Positions 51,406 to 64,000 of a stretch of 64,000 nucleotides of DNA are shown piece by piece. The first letter of the stretch is position 1. Each line of letters starts with the position of its first letter. The stretch covers positions 11,656,001 to 11,720,000 of the forward strand of contig OX597829.1 in NCBI GenBank assembly GCA_951406725.2, given 5' to 3'. The notes under the pieces are model-generated. The model was not told where the DNA came from, did no database searches, and saw only the letters and a list, made by a program, of their open reading frames with translations. This DNA is from Octopus vulgaris. Its lineage: Eukaryota. Made by a program: the position numbers and the translations under genes.

Positions 51406-52970
51406 GTGTGTGTTTGTGTACACACACACACACAAACACACACTCCTTCCGACTGTTTTGGAGTACCTGATACATGGATTTCTATCCCTTAGATTACATT
51501 ACCTCTTAATTCATTTGGAGTCATTTCTGCACCTTTGATTGTGAATCATATCCATACATACATATATATACACGTATACATAGCATATACTTACAACATA
51601 CAGATGAGTGTATCTATATCGTTGCGTTTATACTCGCACACACACACACACCCAATTAGATACCTATACACACTGAAATATGACTTTAAATCAATTCAAG
51701 TTATAATGCTAACAAACTCCAATGGCCCAACAGAGTGTCATCTTGCATCATTCAATCTGAATAACGTTGAATGATGTTAACTATGGCGATTGATAATAAT
51801 GATGTTGATGTTGCTGGCGGTAATGTCTGGGATGCTGTTGTTGTTGTTGTTGTTGTTTGTGGTGGTGGTGGGGTGCATATTTTCTAAGTTATGTTGTAGT
51901 TGTAGAAATCACAAAAATGATATTGACAACGCAAACGACTAGGAAAAAAGAGGAGGATGAGAAAGAAAGTAATGATGACATTAGCAAAAAGAAGTGATGA
52001 TGACCTTGATATTGGTGGTGGTGGTGGTATTTGTGATGATAATGGTGATAATGACGGTCACAGCAACTGTGTCGAAGATGCAGACGGTTATCAGTCTTAG
52101 AAAAAATAGCGACGCTTACGACATCGACGATAATAAAAAACGGCGGCGACGGTAGTGGTGGTGACAATGACGACGAGACGACAAAGATGATGATGATGAC
52201 GATGATGATTTTATTTTAAAACAATAAAGCAATTGTGTATGTATCAAAACCATACACAGCAAAGAGTGAGAGAGAGATGGGGGAGATGACATCTGTTAAA
52301 GATAGAGCATTATAAATAAACCATGGAAACTTTAAAAAAAGACATCACATGATAGAATTTAGAAAGAGATTGTTCCATATTGTTGTGAACATAAAAATGT
52401 AAAAGAAACTTGGGTGGAACCCCACACCCAAAGAATGAAATGTACCTCCTGATTCATGTCTGGATATATTAAGACCTATATCAGTTGTTGTGTTCAGTGA
52501 TATTATTCCGAGTACTCTTTTTTTTTTTTGTCTGGATTTCTGGGAAAAAAAATGTGCGTTTGATAAGAGATTTCTACAACGACAACCACTTGTTTGGCGC
52601 ACTACGTTTCTAATAAGACGAGAATGACAAAGAGAATTTGCATGCGCTGTGTATGTGTGTGTATGTACATGTACGTTTGTATGTACGTTTATATATGTAC
52701 GTGTGCGTATATGTGCGTACACACACACACACACGTACATAAACACACATGCACACACACACACGACGGGCTTCAACACAATTTCCGTCTACTTAGTTCA
52801 CTTACACAAGCCATTTGTTGGCTCGCGAGGGGCGGTGGGTGCATAATGGAAGACATTTGACCAGAGTACCCAGCTGTAGGACGAAGATGGGAAAGCATGT
52901 GGTTGCGGAGCGAAATTCTTAACCACTTAGACTTGTGTGTGAATGCATGTTTGTATGCTTGTGCGTATGT

Positions 52971-53012
<42 letters not shown>

Positions 53013-54219
53013 GTCTGTAATTATTTTTACTGTTTACCTATATATATATATATATATACACGCACACGCACACACACACACATATATGTATGTATGTATC
53101 TGTGTTTGTCCCCTACAATCGATTGACAACCGATGATGGTGTATTTACGTCTCCCGTAACTTAGCGGTTCGGCAGAATAGACCGATAGAATAAGTGTTAA
53201 CCTTACAAACAATAAATCATTGGGTCGATACATCCGACTAAAGGTGGTGCTTCCGCATGGCCGCAGTCAAATGACTGAAACAAATAAAAGAATATAAGAA
53301 AGGGTATGTGTGTGTATATACGCTCGTCGTCGTAATGGAACAATTACTTGTTCGATGGACTGACGGAAGAGAACACTCGACACGATCCCCAGAATTTATA
53401 TTTGTTTGGACAGTTTTACTCAGAATCTTTCGGTTCCGTACGACAAGACTTTTACGCCTCTCAATACGACTGGTTTTCTGAGGAACAGAGTTTGTTTCCA
53501 TTGACTGATTGGTATCATACATCTGTAAATTGATACTGGACGGACTCTCATTGGCTGTCGGCCACTGGTCGCTACTGAAATCGATAGCAATAGGTTGATA
53601 TTAAACGGGAGGAAACTTTAGCACGTTATGCAGAAGTAATCTCCCTTGTTTCAGTCAGATTCTGGTGTAAATATTTCAAGTTATTTCTTATTTCAAGCTA
53701 CTTTCTGATAATATAAAATCGACTTCAGATTGCCGGGAAGATAACCTGAAACCGGTTTCAAATTTTAAGACTTACAACTCCTGATATTTTTATAACATTA
53801 AACACGGATTACATTCAAGATCTTAAGATAATTTTAAAATATGAAAATGAAACAAAAATATTGGATTTTTTAAAACACTTTTCTGTTGCGCTGAAAAATC
53901 GTGTTTGCAATTTCTTTTAGATAATTTTTTTAATGAGAAACTTTTTTCAATAGATATGTAGCAGATGGATGTTTTTTGAACATGAAGATGAATGTAACGA
54001 TAAGAGATTGAATTGAAGAACGATATGCGTTTTAAGTACAAACCGAAATTTATTTATACACTTTAAATTGGTAACGAAATGAATTTAAATACATTAAAAC
54101 ATCACTTTTTATTTAAATATATTAAAATATCCCTTTTTTTTCTTTTAGTTTGGAGCTTGGGTATCTTGAATTTTTTAATTTGTTTATCGTTTTTTTACTT
54201 GCTGGTGGTTACTCAATAT

Positions 54220-54690
54220 ATCGAGTGAGTTTGGTAGCATTTATTTTATTTTCTAGTGCTTTATCGTGATTTGAAAGTTGGTAGGTATTTTTGCCACAAA
54301 CTTTTGCAACAGTGTAAAGACTCGCTGCGTCGTTCCGTAAAATATCCTCCCTTTCTATCCTCTCGAATAAGGTTTTTGAGCAGAACTTGTTTTTGCTCGT
54401 GTTTTCTATCGCATTTGTTTGTTTTTATTTTTGTTTTTCAATGGACTGAGCTGTTCTAATATTGGAGCTAACTCGAGAAATCATACTGTCCTGAATAGCT
54501 GACATAATATCAATTTTTCTGGATTTAGATTGGTCATTTCCAAAACTGTCCCGATCTTTGGCAGTTGGGTTGTACTGTAATTCAACTGGAAGTATGGCTT
54601 GCCTGTTGTAAAAAATTTGAAATGGGGTAAAATGTGTAGAAGAATTTTTGTTGTTCGATACGCAAACAGAACTGATGGTAAGCATTATAA
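54220..54690 (-). mobile_element. Ginger/Gypsy-type integrase C-terminal remnant
   Basis: STHFTPFQIFYNRQAILPVE, NIRTAQ..KQK, DRKH, VLLKNLIREDRKGG, YTVAKVCGKNTYQL, NATKLTRY. Confidence 0.7.
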
Positions 54691-54973
54691 AAATAAGATC
54701 ACGCTGGGTCGTACCGTATATGAGACGTTCGCACGCGATCCCATTCTTAATAATTTATTTACTGACTATATAATACATGCAGCGGCAATACACATAAGTT
54801 TGGAATGACAACAAGATTTCTTTTTAAGATATATACATTATTTATTTTACATATTTTACAATCATGCTTGATGTTGGAAGTTTGTAAGTGTTAGCATGTT
54901 TTTGTGTCTGTGTGTTCGTTAGGCGTAAAAAGGTACTGACCAGTGAAATGACGATGGAATTTGATTCAGTTCA

Positions 54974-55773
54974 TGTTGTTGGTATCGGCCTGGCAACAGG
55001 TAATAACAGATGGCTTAAGGTAGTTCTTAGAAGAAACTAGAACCCAAGAACAGATAATTGATTTACCGTTTATGAGGTACAGCGTAAGAATTCCATATCA
55101 AGATATTGCGTATCGCAGTTGAGATTAATTGAATCACTCGTTGATATGAACATACTTCCAGATATGTTACTGTAGCCGTTTTTTCCGTGGCGAGAATTTC
55201 ACCTAACCGCTATAGCTGAATCTGTAGTCGTCTTGTGTACAAATTAAATCTTCGATGTTTGGCGCTTGGTTTTCGCTGCGTCTTCATCATATGTTCTGCT
55301 TGGTTATTTTTCTCTAGTTATAGATATCCTGTAACCGTTCTTCATGGTGATATTTCACACTAACAGTATAAGAGGTATCTGTAACATCTTGTATTAATGG
55401 TGGTCGCCTGCCTTTCGAACTGGAACTTGGTCGAGTATGCTCTGTGTGGTCAGAGACTTAGCTCTTAAAAGAACTAAAAGCCTAAGACGAGCTCTGTGTG
55501 GTCAGAGGTTCGCCCTGAGAAGGACTGGAAACCTAAGACGAATATTTGTCTGAGAAACCTTCTTTTATAAGCTTCACCAGGCTCCCAGTGAACTTCAGAA
55601 ATGGAAAGCTGTGATTGGCTGCTTGGAACTATGGCGCGAAAATAAGTCGAGACAATTCGCGTCACGTGTCAATCAGTGACGGACTTCGGAGGGACCCTCG
55701 TGTCACATGTCACCCAGTGGTGCGAAACACGTAGAGACTAACGTGTCAACCAATCGAATTAGTGTTTACAACA
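54974..55773 (-). mobile_element. Putative LTR-like element with promoter motifs
   Basis: tgttgt...acaaca termini; minus-strand tataaaag, ccaatc, ttttcgcgcca; internal duplications; no TSD seen. Confidence 0.35.
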
Positions 55774-56028
55774 ATGTTGAACTAGCCGAAGCTGTTTGTA
55801 ATCTCGACCGAGGTTATTCTTAATACTCTTCTCAAACAGTGAAGATAGCAATGAGAGACGATATTGCTACAGCATACAACGTTCCCCAGGGGATTTAATA
55901 AAAGTATGTTTTATAGTGCGATTCTGTCGTTCCACGAGGCTTGATGGTGATAATCATTTATGTCCTGCTGTGTTTTTGTTAGTTTATGTAGTTCTTCGTT
56001 GGTCACTTATCTGAATTTTAAAAAATTT

Positions 56029-56075
<47 letters not shown>

Positions 56076-56077
56076 AT

Positions 56078-56107
<30 letters not shown>

Positions 56108-56108
<1 letters not shown>

Positions 56109-56453
56109 TCTAACGCTGGAGATGTATTACAGTGTCAGATGTTCACCTCTTATTTTTCGAGTACCTTCTAGAGTATTCGAGCGGTTCCAAGCAGTGTTGT
56201 TTTCTGCATGTGCTCCACCCCTATTGCAGCCCCTATTTGTTCCACGTACTTCTGGAAATTTTTGCTCACACTTCCCAGGGCTCCGACAATTATTGGTATT
56301 ACTGCTACCTTTTTCATTGACTGCTTAACTTCCCAAGCTAACCTGTCATATCTCTCGACTTTTCTTTCTTCCTTATGGCATACATTATTGTCAGCTGTTA
56401 TGTCTATGATCCAGCATAGTTTGTTTTCTTTCTCAATTAAGACTATGTCCGGC
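56108..56453 (-). mobile_element. R4/Dong-type RLE 3' fragment
   Basis: KPDIVLIEKENKLCWIIDI...KVERYDRLAWEVKQ...VIPIIVGALG; trinucleotide repeats on both sides. Confidence 0.88.
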
Positions 56454-56467
56454 TTATTATTATTATT

Positions 56468-56589
<122 letters not shown>

Positions 56590-56759
56590 CATTATTATTA
56601 TCATTATTATTATCGTTATTATTATCGTTATTATCATCGTTATTATTATCATTATTATTATCGTTATTATTATCGTTATTATTATCATTATTATTATCGT
56701 TATTATTATCGTTATTATTATCATTATTATTATCGTTGTTGTTGTTGTTGTTGTTGTTG

Positions 56760-58405
56760 TATGTTTGACTTTGCTTTACATTTGTACAAGTTGGCTTCAA
56801 GTCTCAGCCAGATACCTCAAGAGACAAGTTGGAACTTCATGTTGTTGTTATGCCTAGTATGCCATATATTTGGTTTTGTACTTAGTGTTGTATTAATGAA
56901 TGTTTAAAAAAAACATACGAAAAGTATGTTTGTTTTAAAACTTGAGATTACATAGAAAGTATTTTGCCTAGGATATGAGCAGTTCCCATGAGCACTATCT
57001 TTTGAATTTCTGCCATTTTGGGGTTTCCTGGTATCTGAGTTAGGTAGCAATCAGCTCCTTTTGCTATCATTCCCAGGGCACCTATGACAACAGGTATTGT
57101 TTTAGTCTTCAGGTTCCACATTTTGCTGATTTCTATTTCCAGATCTTTATATTTGCTCAGTTTTTGGTAGGTCTTGACAGATACGTTTATATCGATTGGG
57201 ACAGTCATATCAATGAGGAGGCATGTTCTTTGTCTGAAGTCTTTCAGTATCATGTCTGGCCTATTCGCATCTATATTTCTGTCAGTTTGAATGGTGAAGT
57301 TCCAGACGAGTGAGATATGATCATTTTCAAGCACTGGAAATGGTTTGTGTTCCCAACAGTTTTTATCATGGGGCAAGTCCTTGCAAATTACCCGGTGAAT
57401 ATATTGTGCAGCTCTATCATGCCTGTTGAGATACTCTGTAGGCGCTAGAAGACTGCACTTGGAGACAACATGATCAATGGTTTCATTTTGTTGTTGACAT
57501 ACTCGACATGTTGGGCTACTGCTGTTCTTTACTATGTTGGCCTGGTAGTTCCTTGTAGGTAGGCATTGATCTTGAGCTGCTATGATAAACCCTTTTGTTT
57601 CAGATTTTAAGCCAGAGGCCATTAGCCATTGATGGGTCAGGGCTTTGTCAACATCTGCATTATTCGCTCTCATTGAGAGGTTTTTCTTGCCATTTATCAT
57701 TCAGAATTTTGAGAGAGGTATTAAGGCTAAACAAAAAAGGAGTAGTGATAGTGAGTCACCCTGGAAAATGCCACATGAAACTTTTACATCACCAGCATTT
57801 AGAGATTCATTGTCACTGTTCAGAGTTAGTGTGGTTTTCCATGATCTCATACTTACAGTCAAAAAGTTTCGCAGAGTAGGTGCTATCATATACATTTCCA
57901 GGCATTTCCTAATCCAGCTGTGTGGTAGGCTATCAAAAGCCTTTTTATTGTCTATCCAGGCTATTGATAAGTATTTGTGTCGTTTGTGACAATCTTCTAA
58001 GATCATCTTATTGATGAGCAGTTGGTCTTTACAACCGTAGGATCCTTTTTGTTCATTAGGGAATATGCTGCTCTTTGTTAAAAAACAATAGGTATATTCC
58101 GTCAGGACAGATGTTAGTGTTTTATACATAGTTGTTAAGCAGGTTATGGGTCTATAGTTTTTTGGTTCATTTGTTTCTTCACTTTTTGGAAGCAGGAATG
58201 TTAAACCATTAACTAGCCAAGGAGGCATCCTACTAGGGTGTTACAAAACATCATTGTAAAGTTCTGTAAGCAGTTCATGTCTCTCTGAGAATGCATTCAA
58301 CCAGAAGTTAGGAATTTTATCCTTTCCTGAAGACTTCCATTTGCTTGACCTCCTGAGAGCAGATCTTATCTCTTCTACCTTGACACCTTCCCACTTTTGC
58401 TCCTC
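56760..58405 (-). mobile_element. R4/Dong-clade LINE (second family), internally deleted near 57700
   Basis: NYRPITCL, KAFDSLPH, GIFQGDSLS fused to AAQDQ, CRVCQQQNETIDHVVSKC, RPDMIL, KYKDL; the YMDD region is missing; AAT/AAC repeats on both flanks. Confidence 0.9.
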
Positions 58406-58454
<49 letters not shown>

Positions 58455-58469
58455 ATTATTATTATTATC

Positions 58470-58608
58470 ATTATTCAGGTTCCCTGATGAAGGCTGGAGG
58501 GTTTATCAGCCGAAACGTTGTGTTAACAACAAAGATGAGGACAAATATTCGTCAAATGTAAATAATGTAAATAATGTACATAATTTCTCTCTTCTTAAAT
58601 ATAGAACA
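58470..58608 (+). mobile_element. Family A 3' part with intact HHR core
   Basis: CTGATGA-a-ggctg gagggtttat cagcc-GAAACGTT-gtgtt at 58484-58524; 5' strand of stem I lost at the junction. Confidence 0.8.
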
Positions 58609-59529
58609 GGAAAACTTAAAAGGTAGTATTAACAGATATTGACTTAAAATTAGCAAATAGACAGCCAGGCTTGTGGTAGCCGAATAACAGATTAGTTTTC
58701 TTATCAATGTATACATTTTGAAGTTGCAAAACTTGCGTACTTACAGAAGCAAAGGCCGCAACAGAGCACTTTGAGTGAATAAGAAAGGAACTTGTTAAGC
58801 ATGCTTCGAGATTTATTGGGCAGAGCAATTCCTACTACGGAAATTTCCAGATAAAGCAGTATGTAGAGATGAAGATTTTCTTTCCAGTTCTAGGGACTGG
58901 AACAAACTCTACTTGGTAGAAACAGCAGCTGAGTCTCACTCAAATTACACTCAATTATATAATTTAAGGAGCGGACACACTGGATAACAGAATTCACTGC
59001 CTGAAATTAATTCGGCTGAAGTGGTCACGGTGAAACGTTACTTTCTTTCACAAATTTTTACGTTCACCACCTAAAAAATATGGTGCTTCACTCACGATCA
59101 TAATACCATGGTTTCGATTCCCGGACCGGGCGTTGAGCTAGGTTTGTGTAAGAAGAAACAGAACGTCTTGAAGTGTCATTAAACATCAAGCATCTTTTAA
59201 AAATAGTGTGTGCACTTAAATATATATATTTGTACTGTTAAGTAGACATATTTGTCTACTTAACAGCACAGAGGGCAGCTCCGGATAGATTTGCCTTATT
59301 TGAAACCATCATATATTTAATCACTAACCTCTTCCCCTACATAAGGAGCTGAAAGTGCTATGGTAGCACACTTATTGCGAATATATAGAGGTGTGGGTTC
59401 GAGTGCTATACTTACGAAAAACTCACTTTTTTCTGTCGAGGGCTTATATGCCCCAATATCAGACTATTTTCTTTAGTCATTACACAGTGATCGCTTATAA
59501 GCTTTGAGCTCATAAGATATTATTATAAT

Positions 59530-59820
59530 GAAGGCGCATGGCTCAGTGGTTAGAGCATCGGTTCCACAATCATGAGATAGTGAGTTTGAATCCCGGACCG
59601 GACTATGTGTTGTGTTCTTTATTTCTCGTTGCTCCAGTCACTGGTGCCAAGCTGTATCGGCTTTTGATAACATCAGTGGTATGGGTTCAAGGGAGGCTGG
59701 TATGCACGGGCAGCTGCTGATCTTCCATAAAAAAAACTTGTCCGGACTTTGGCCTCGGAGGAGAACTTTCTAGGTGCAATCCCATGGTCATTCATGACCA
59801 AAAGAGGTCTTCATCCTTTA
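59530..59820 (+). mobile_element. tRNA-derived SINE
   Basis: A box tggctcagtgg, B box gagtttgaatccc. Confidence 0.7.
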
Positions 59821-60652
59821 CTTTACCTCTCAAATACACTGTTATTTCCTTTACCGTCACTTTGTTGTAGTCCACTCAGCTGTAAATGGCTAGCTCTGCA
59901 ATGGTCTGGCGTCACATTCAATGGGGACGCTGTGATCCTGGACATTGATATGCCATAGAAACTGGCTTACTGGTTGCTATGAGACCAACGTCTCCAGGCA
60001 ATAATATCCTAGGAATGGTGGTAATGATGGTATAAGTAATATCGTAAACTCAATTTTGGACAAATGTCCTTTCTTCATAACAGTTCATGACAAGGCCAAC
60101 AGTACCAATGAATCTTATACAACATCTGGTTCGTTATCTTGTTTAGTGTGTATTATAAGTTCTTCTAATATGACAAGGATATGTGACCATTATCTTTTGT
60201 GGTTCAGATGAGTGACTATTTGATATATTAGGATCTTTCAAAAAATACCCGATCGTTTTTATTGTAAGAAAATCTGGGCTCTAGTAAATGGTGATTACTC
60301 CATCTTCACGGATGATTGCTAACTCCTTCTTGCTTCCTTGTTGCCAATGGCCTTTCTGACTTTCCATCCATGACCTCTCAGATGACTATTGCAAAGTTTG
60401 AAGCATAAGTGACAGATGAAAGTTCTAACTTACTGTACGCTTCCAACTGGTTATGTCTGCACGCGTTGCTACTCATTCGGTAGATGGAATGACAAATAAG
60501 GTCACTCTAAAGAGAAATTTATACATCATTGGGTTATTGTGATAACTACTTGTGCAATACGAGTACCACTCACTTAGTCTCTGTAATAAGTACCCAGTCA
60601 TAGGCTGAAGTGAGATGACCGGTAATCACGGGAAACCACACGTTTTACATCA

Positions 60653-60654
<2 letters not shown>

Positions 60655-60713
<59 letters not shown>

Positions 60714-61540
60714 ATACACACATACACACATACACACATACATACATACATACATACATACATACATGCATGCATGCATGCATACATACATACATACATA
60801 CATACATACATACATACACACACACATACATACATACATACATACATACATACATACATACATACATACATACATACATACATACATACATACATACATA
60901 CATACATACATACATACATACATACATACATAGCTGAACAAGAAAAGCTATTGCCAAAAAGATTTGCTGAAATGATTCATTATTGATGCCATGTGATGCC
61001 CTTTTATGACTTTTAAGCAGAGCCAAAGTTTTACACATTTTATTACATACTGCACAGCTTTCTCTGCACTCCCTTAACATGTCTTTTCAAACTTCGAACC
61101 AAGAGGCACACCCTTCCACATTTACACATGTTCTGTTGTGAATTGTAATAGCCACATCACTGTTTATCACGAGTCGATTCCGTACATACATGTATGTATG
61201 TATGTATGTATGTATGTATGCATGCATGCATGCATGTATGTATGCATGCATGCATGCATGTATGCATGTATGCATGTATGTATGTATGTATGTATGTATG
61301 TATGTATGTATGTATGTATGTATGTATGTATGTATGTGTGTGTGTGCATGTATGTATGTATGCATGTATGTATGTATGTATGTATGTATGTATGTATGTA
61401 TGTATGTATGTATGTATGTATATGTGTGTGTGTGTGCATGTATGCATGTATGCATGTATGTATGTATGTATGTATGCATGCATGCGTGTATGCGTGTATG
61501 TATGTATGTATGTATGTATGTATGTATGTATGTATGTGTC

Positions 61541-61588
<48 letters not shown>
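60655..61588. repeat. (CT)n, (CATA)n, (TATG)n and (GT)n microsatellites flanking an RTE zinc-finger remnant (60940-61150, minus)
   Basis: Directly visible; CAVCNKMCKTLALLKSHKRASH resembles 11327-11600. Confidence 0.85.
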
Positions 61589-61589
<1 letters not shown>

Positions 61590-63339
61590 AGATTTGTATG
61601 TTTCGCTTTATGTATGTAAATGATAAACTTCCGGAAAGTTTTACAGAATTTTACAGTTCCAGTGAAGGATTGGATCTGTAGTCTTCGAATTAGTTTTCTC
61701 CTTTCTGGTTTTGAAAAGCCTACTTTCTCAAGATTGGTAATTAGGCAGTGTGCGTGTGAGCGTGTGTGTGCGTATGTGTGTGTGTTTGTGTCTGTGTGTA
61801 AACGACGAGCATCCGAACAGTTTCCATTTACTAAATTCATTTTGGTTGGCCTCGGATTTGGTTTTGGTTGGCCTCGGATTATAATGGAAGACACCTGCTC
61901 AAGGTACCATGCAGTCGGACTGAACTCAGAACCATGTGGTTGGGAAGCATGCTTCTTATCATACAACCACGCCTGCATGCTGTTATTAGCATTCATTTTT
62001 AAAATTATTATTTAATTTTGCTAACAAACACCTATTGATTTTTGTTTCTTAAAGATCAAAAACTGAAATGCTATCGTCTTCTTCAGAAGATGCTAGAATA
62101 AATCAAGGGAGGTAACTCTTAAATACTTAGCAGTTATCTTATCCTGCAACGAGAAATAGCTGTGTATGTATGCATCTATGTGCATGTGTGCGTGCGTGTT
62201 GGTATGTCATTTTGTTTATGTGAACCAATCCTATTTTTATGTAGTGATGGGTAACTAATAAACTCATGGTTCATTACTGGTTCCGTTAGCGAGGTCAAGA
62301 GCTGATATTCCTGCAGGTTCAATAGAAGAGAGACACTTTGGACTTTGAAGAAGATGGAGACATTGTAAAAGATTTGCAGACACAGATATCAATGCTACTG
62401 TAGCTGCTCAATCCTCGAAAAGATACAGACTGGATTTCAGATTACACTTTGAATGGTTATCATAATGTAGTACCATACTCCTGCTCTCACATCATGGCAA
62501 CCACCATGCCATGTCTCTGATGTTTGTAAAATTTTCTCCCTTTCTCTCTCAAGACTCAAAGACTCTGACGAAAGTCATAGAGTCTCCCCTAAATGTCTTT
62601 TCTTGAATAATTCATTTTAACAGAGACAGAGAGAATTCTCTGTCTTTACCATAGATATAAAAATACCTTATTTGGTGATAGCAGTACCATTAATGGAACG
62701 TATACGTAGGAATTATTTTTCAGCAGATACGATCATGTTGCACATATTTTATGACACGGAGTGATTTTTTTAAAGACAGGAGTTCAACCACAGCTGTCCA
62801 TCTTTCACAGGGATATTCAACCTAACAAAATTATGATGTCGATGAATCACAAATAAACTTTTGGTTAGGAAAGTGATTTATCGTTGGAGATATTTCTTTT
62901 CCGCAGAATGAGTTGATTTCAGCCCTGCAAACCAACTTACACACACATACACACAACATTTTTACAGTGCTGCCACTGTTTACAAACGAACAACTCAAGC
63001 TGAAGCGGAGGTTTTATATGTACTTGGGTGCTTGGCCTGAATTGTCTGCTATTCACAATCAACCATGTTCAAAAACAAAAAGGAAGGACTTGTTGGATAA
63101 TGTATGCTAAGATATACAAAACAAACAGGATGGTTACAGCTATGATGCTATTGATGGCAGGTCCACTCAGTCAAGGAAGATGTGGGGTTAAGCAACAGCA
63201 ACCGTGGACAATACTACAACCCATCAGTAGCTTCAGGGTTAAATTTGACAATTTGCATAAAAGGAAAAGAAAATACAATACCCCATCCGAAAATATAAGT
63301 ATTTTTAAAAATCAAAAACACATCATCCAGAATATGGCT

Positions 63340-64000
63340 GGAAGATAACAATTTAGTCAGCTTTCCACCATGACTTCAAGAGGGTTAGGATTGGAGTATG
63401 CAGCTCTCAGTGTAACCCAGAGAAGATCTTTAAATACCTCTTGGTCATGGCCACCAGTTGCGCTTGATGTTGCAGGCAGAGTGATTGGTGTCTTTCTCAA
63501 CAGTTCTCCACACATAGTAATCTATAGGATTACAATCGGGAGAATTAGGAAGCCAGAAATTGAGGCTGGTGAGGTCATAGGAAGTCTCTGACAACTTCTT
63601 CTGACTCTTTCTGAAAATATAGCAAAGAATTGAATGCTGCTACCACATATATGACCTTCCCACAGCAACCTGCTTCAGCCAGAGTTTGACGATAGTCTCC
63701 TGTAGCTTCACATAGCCATCTGAATTGAGCCTAAAGCCCTGTTCTACAGTTGTAGAGCAAATCTTGAATTATGGACACAGTCAGAATACCTGCTGCATCC
63801 CTTTCCACAAGTCAGGGCTTCATAGTCTCCATTGCAGTTGTTAATGCTATATCTTATAGCTTTTACAGTGTTCACAGAGCACTAAGCAGGAGTCATGGCA
63901 TTGGCGTTTTGATGCCCAGAGCAAATCATCATGATACAAATAACTCTTTTCTGTTATCCTGGCTCCCATCATATCAACTAACTCTTTCTCAACTACAATT
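63340..64000 (-). mobile_element. Tc1/mariner (DD37D/maT-like) transposon remnant
   Basis: Minus strand FWLPNSPDCNPIDYYVWRTVEKDTN; homologous to 36960-37540. Confidence 0.8.

Noticed and set aside
53720-53765. gaaaccggtt as an HHR 3' half; also ctgaggaaggtcttgcagatt at ~38866
   Set aside because: The other half of the core is missing in each case; too weak
59231-59270. Small hairpin tgtactgttaagtagaca-tatt-tgtctacttaacagcaca as a miRNA or terminator
   Set aside because: Too short for a pre-miRNA, and intrinsic terminators are irrelevant in this eukaryotic context
61000-61080. C2H2 zinc-finger gene exon
   Set aside because: Resembles the RTE-borne finger pair at 11327-11600, is frameshifted and is bounded by microsatellites

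Overview
This is eukaryotic, AT-rich DNA packed with microsatellites and transposons. The SINE, RTE and R4/Dong families present look like those of an octopus or other coleoid cephalopod (inference). There is no intact protein-coding gene. Almost all ORFs in the supplied track are microsatellite read-throughs; the informative ones are broken retrotransposon or transposase fragments (RTE LINEs, R4/Dong-type RLE LINEs sitting in microsatellites, mariner and DD37D Tc1-like transposases, a Ginger/Gypsy integrase tail, MITEs). The main signal is a set of non-coding hammerhead-ribozyme (HHR) repeats. (1) At 32301-33880, a 363-bp unit is arranged as tandem and head-to-head inverted copies. It carries four minimal type I hammerheads with a compensatory U3-A8 core at the tip of a long RNA rod, and is flanked by an 8-bp target duplication. 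(2) A tRNA-headed, (AAT)n-containing, HHR-bearing SINE-like family is present five times, with Penelope-style inverted 3' ends. (3) Further HHR families and fold-back elements are scattered through the window. A few weak minus-strand exon and promoter signals hint at a host transcript. Coordinates were read by eye, so boundaries of degenerate repeats are approximate.
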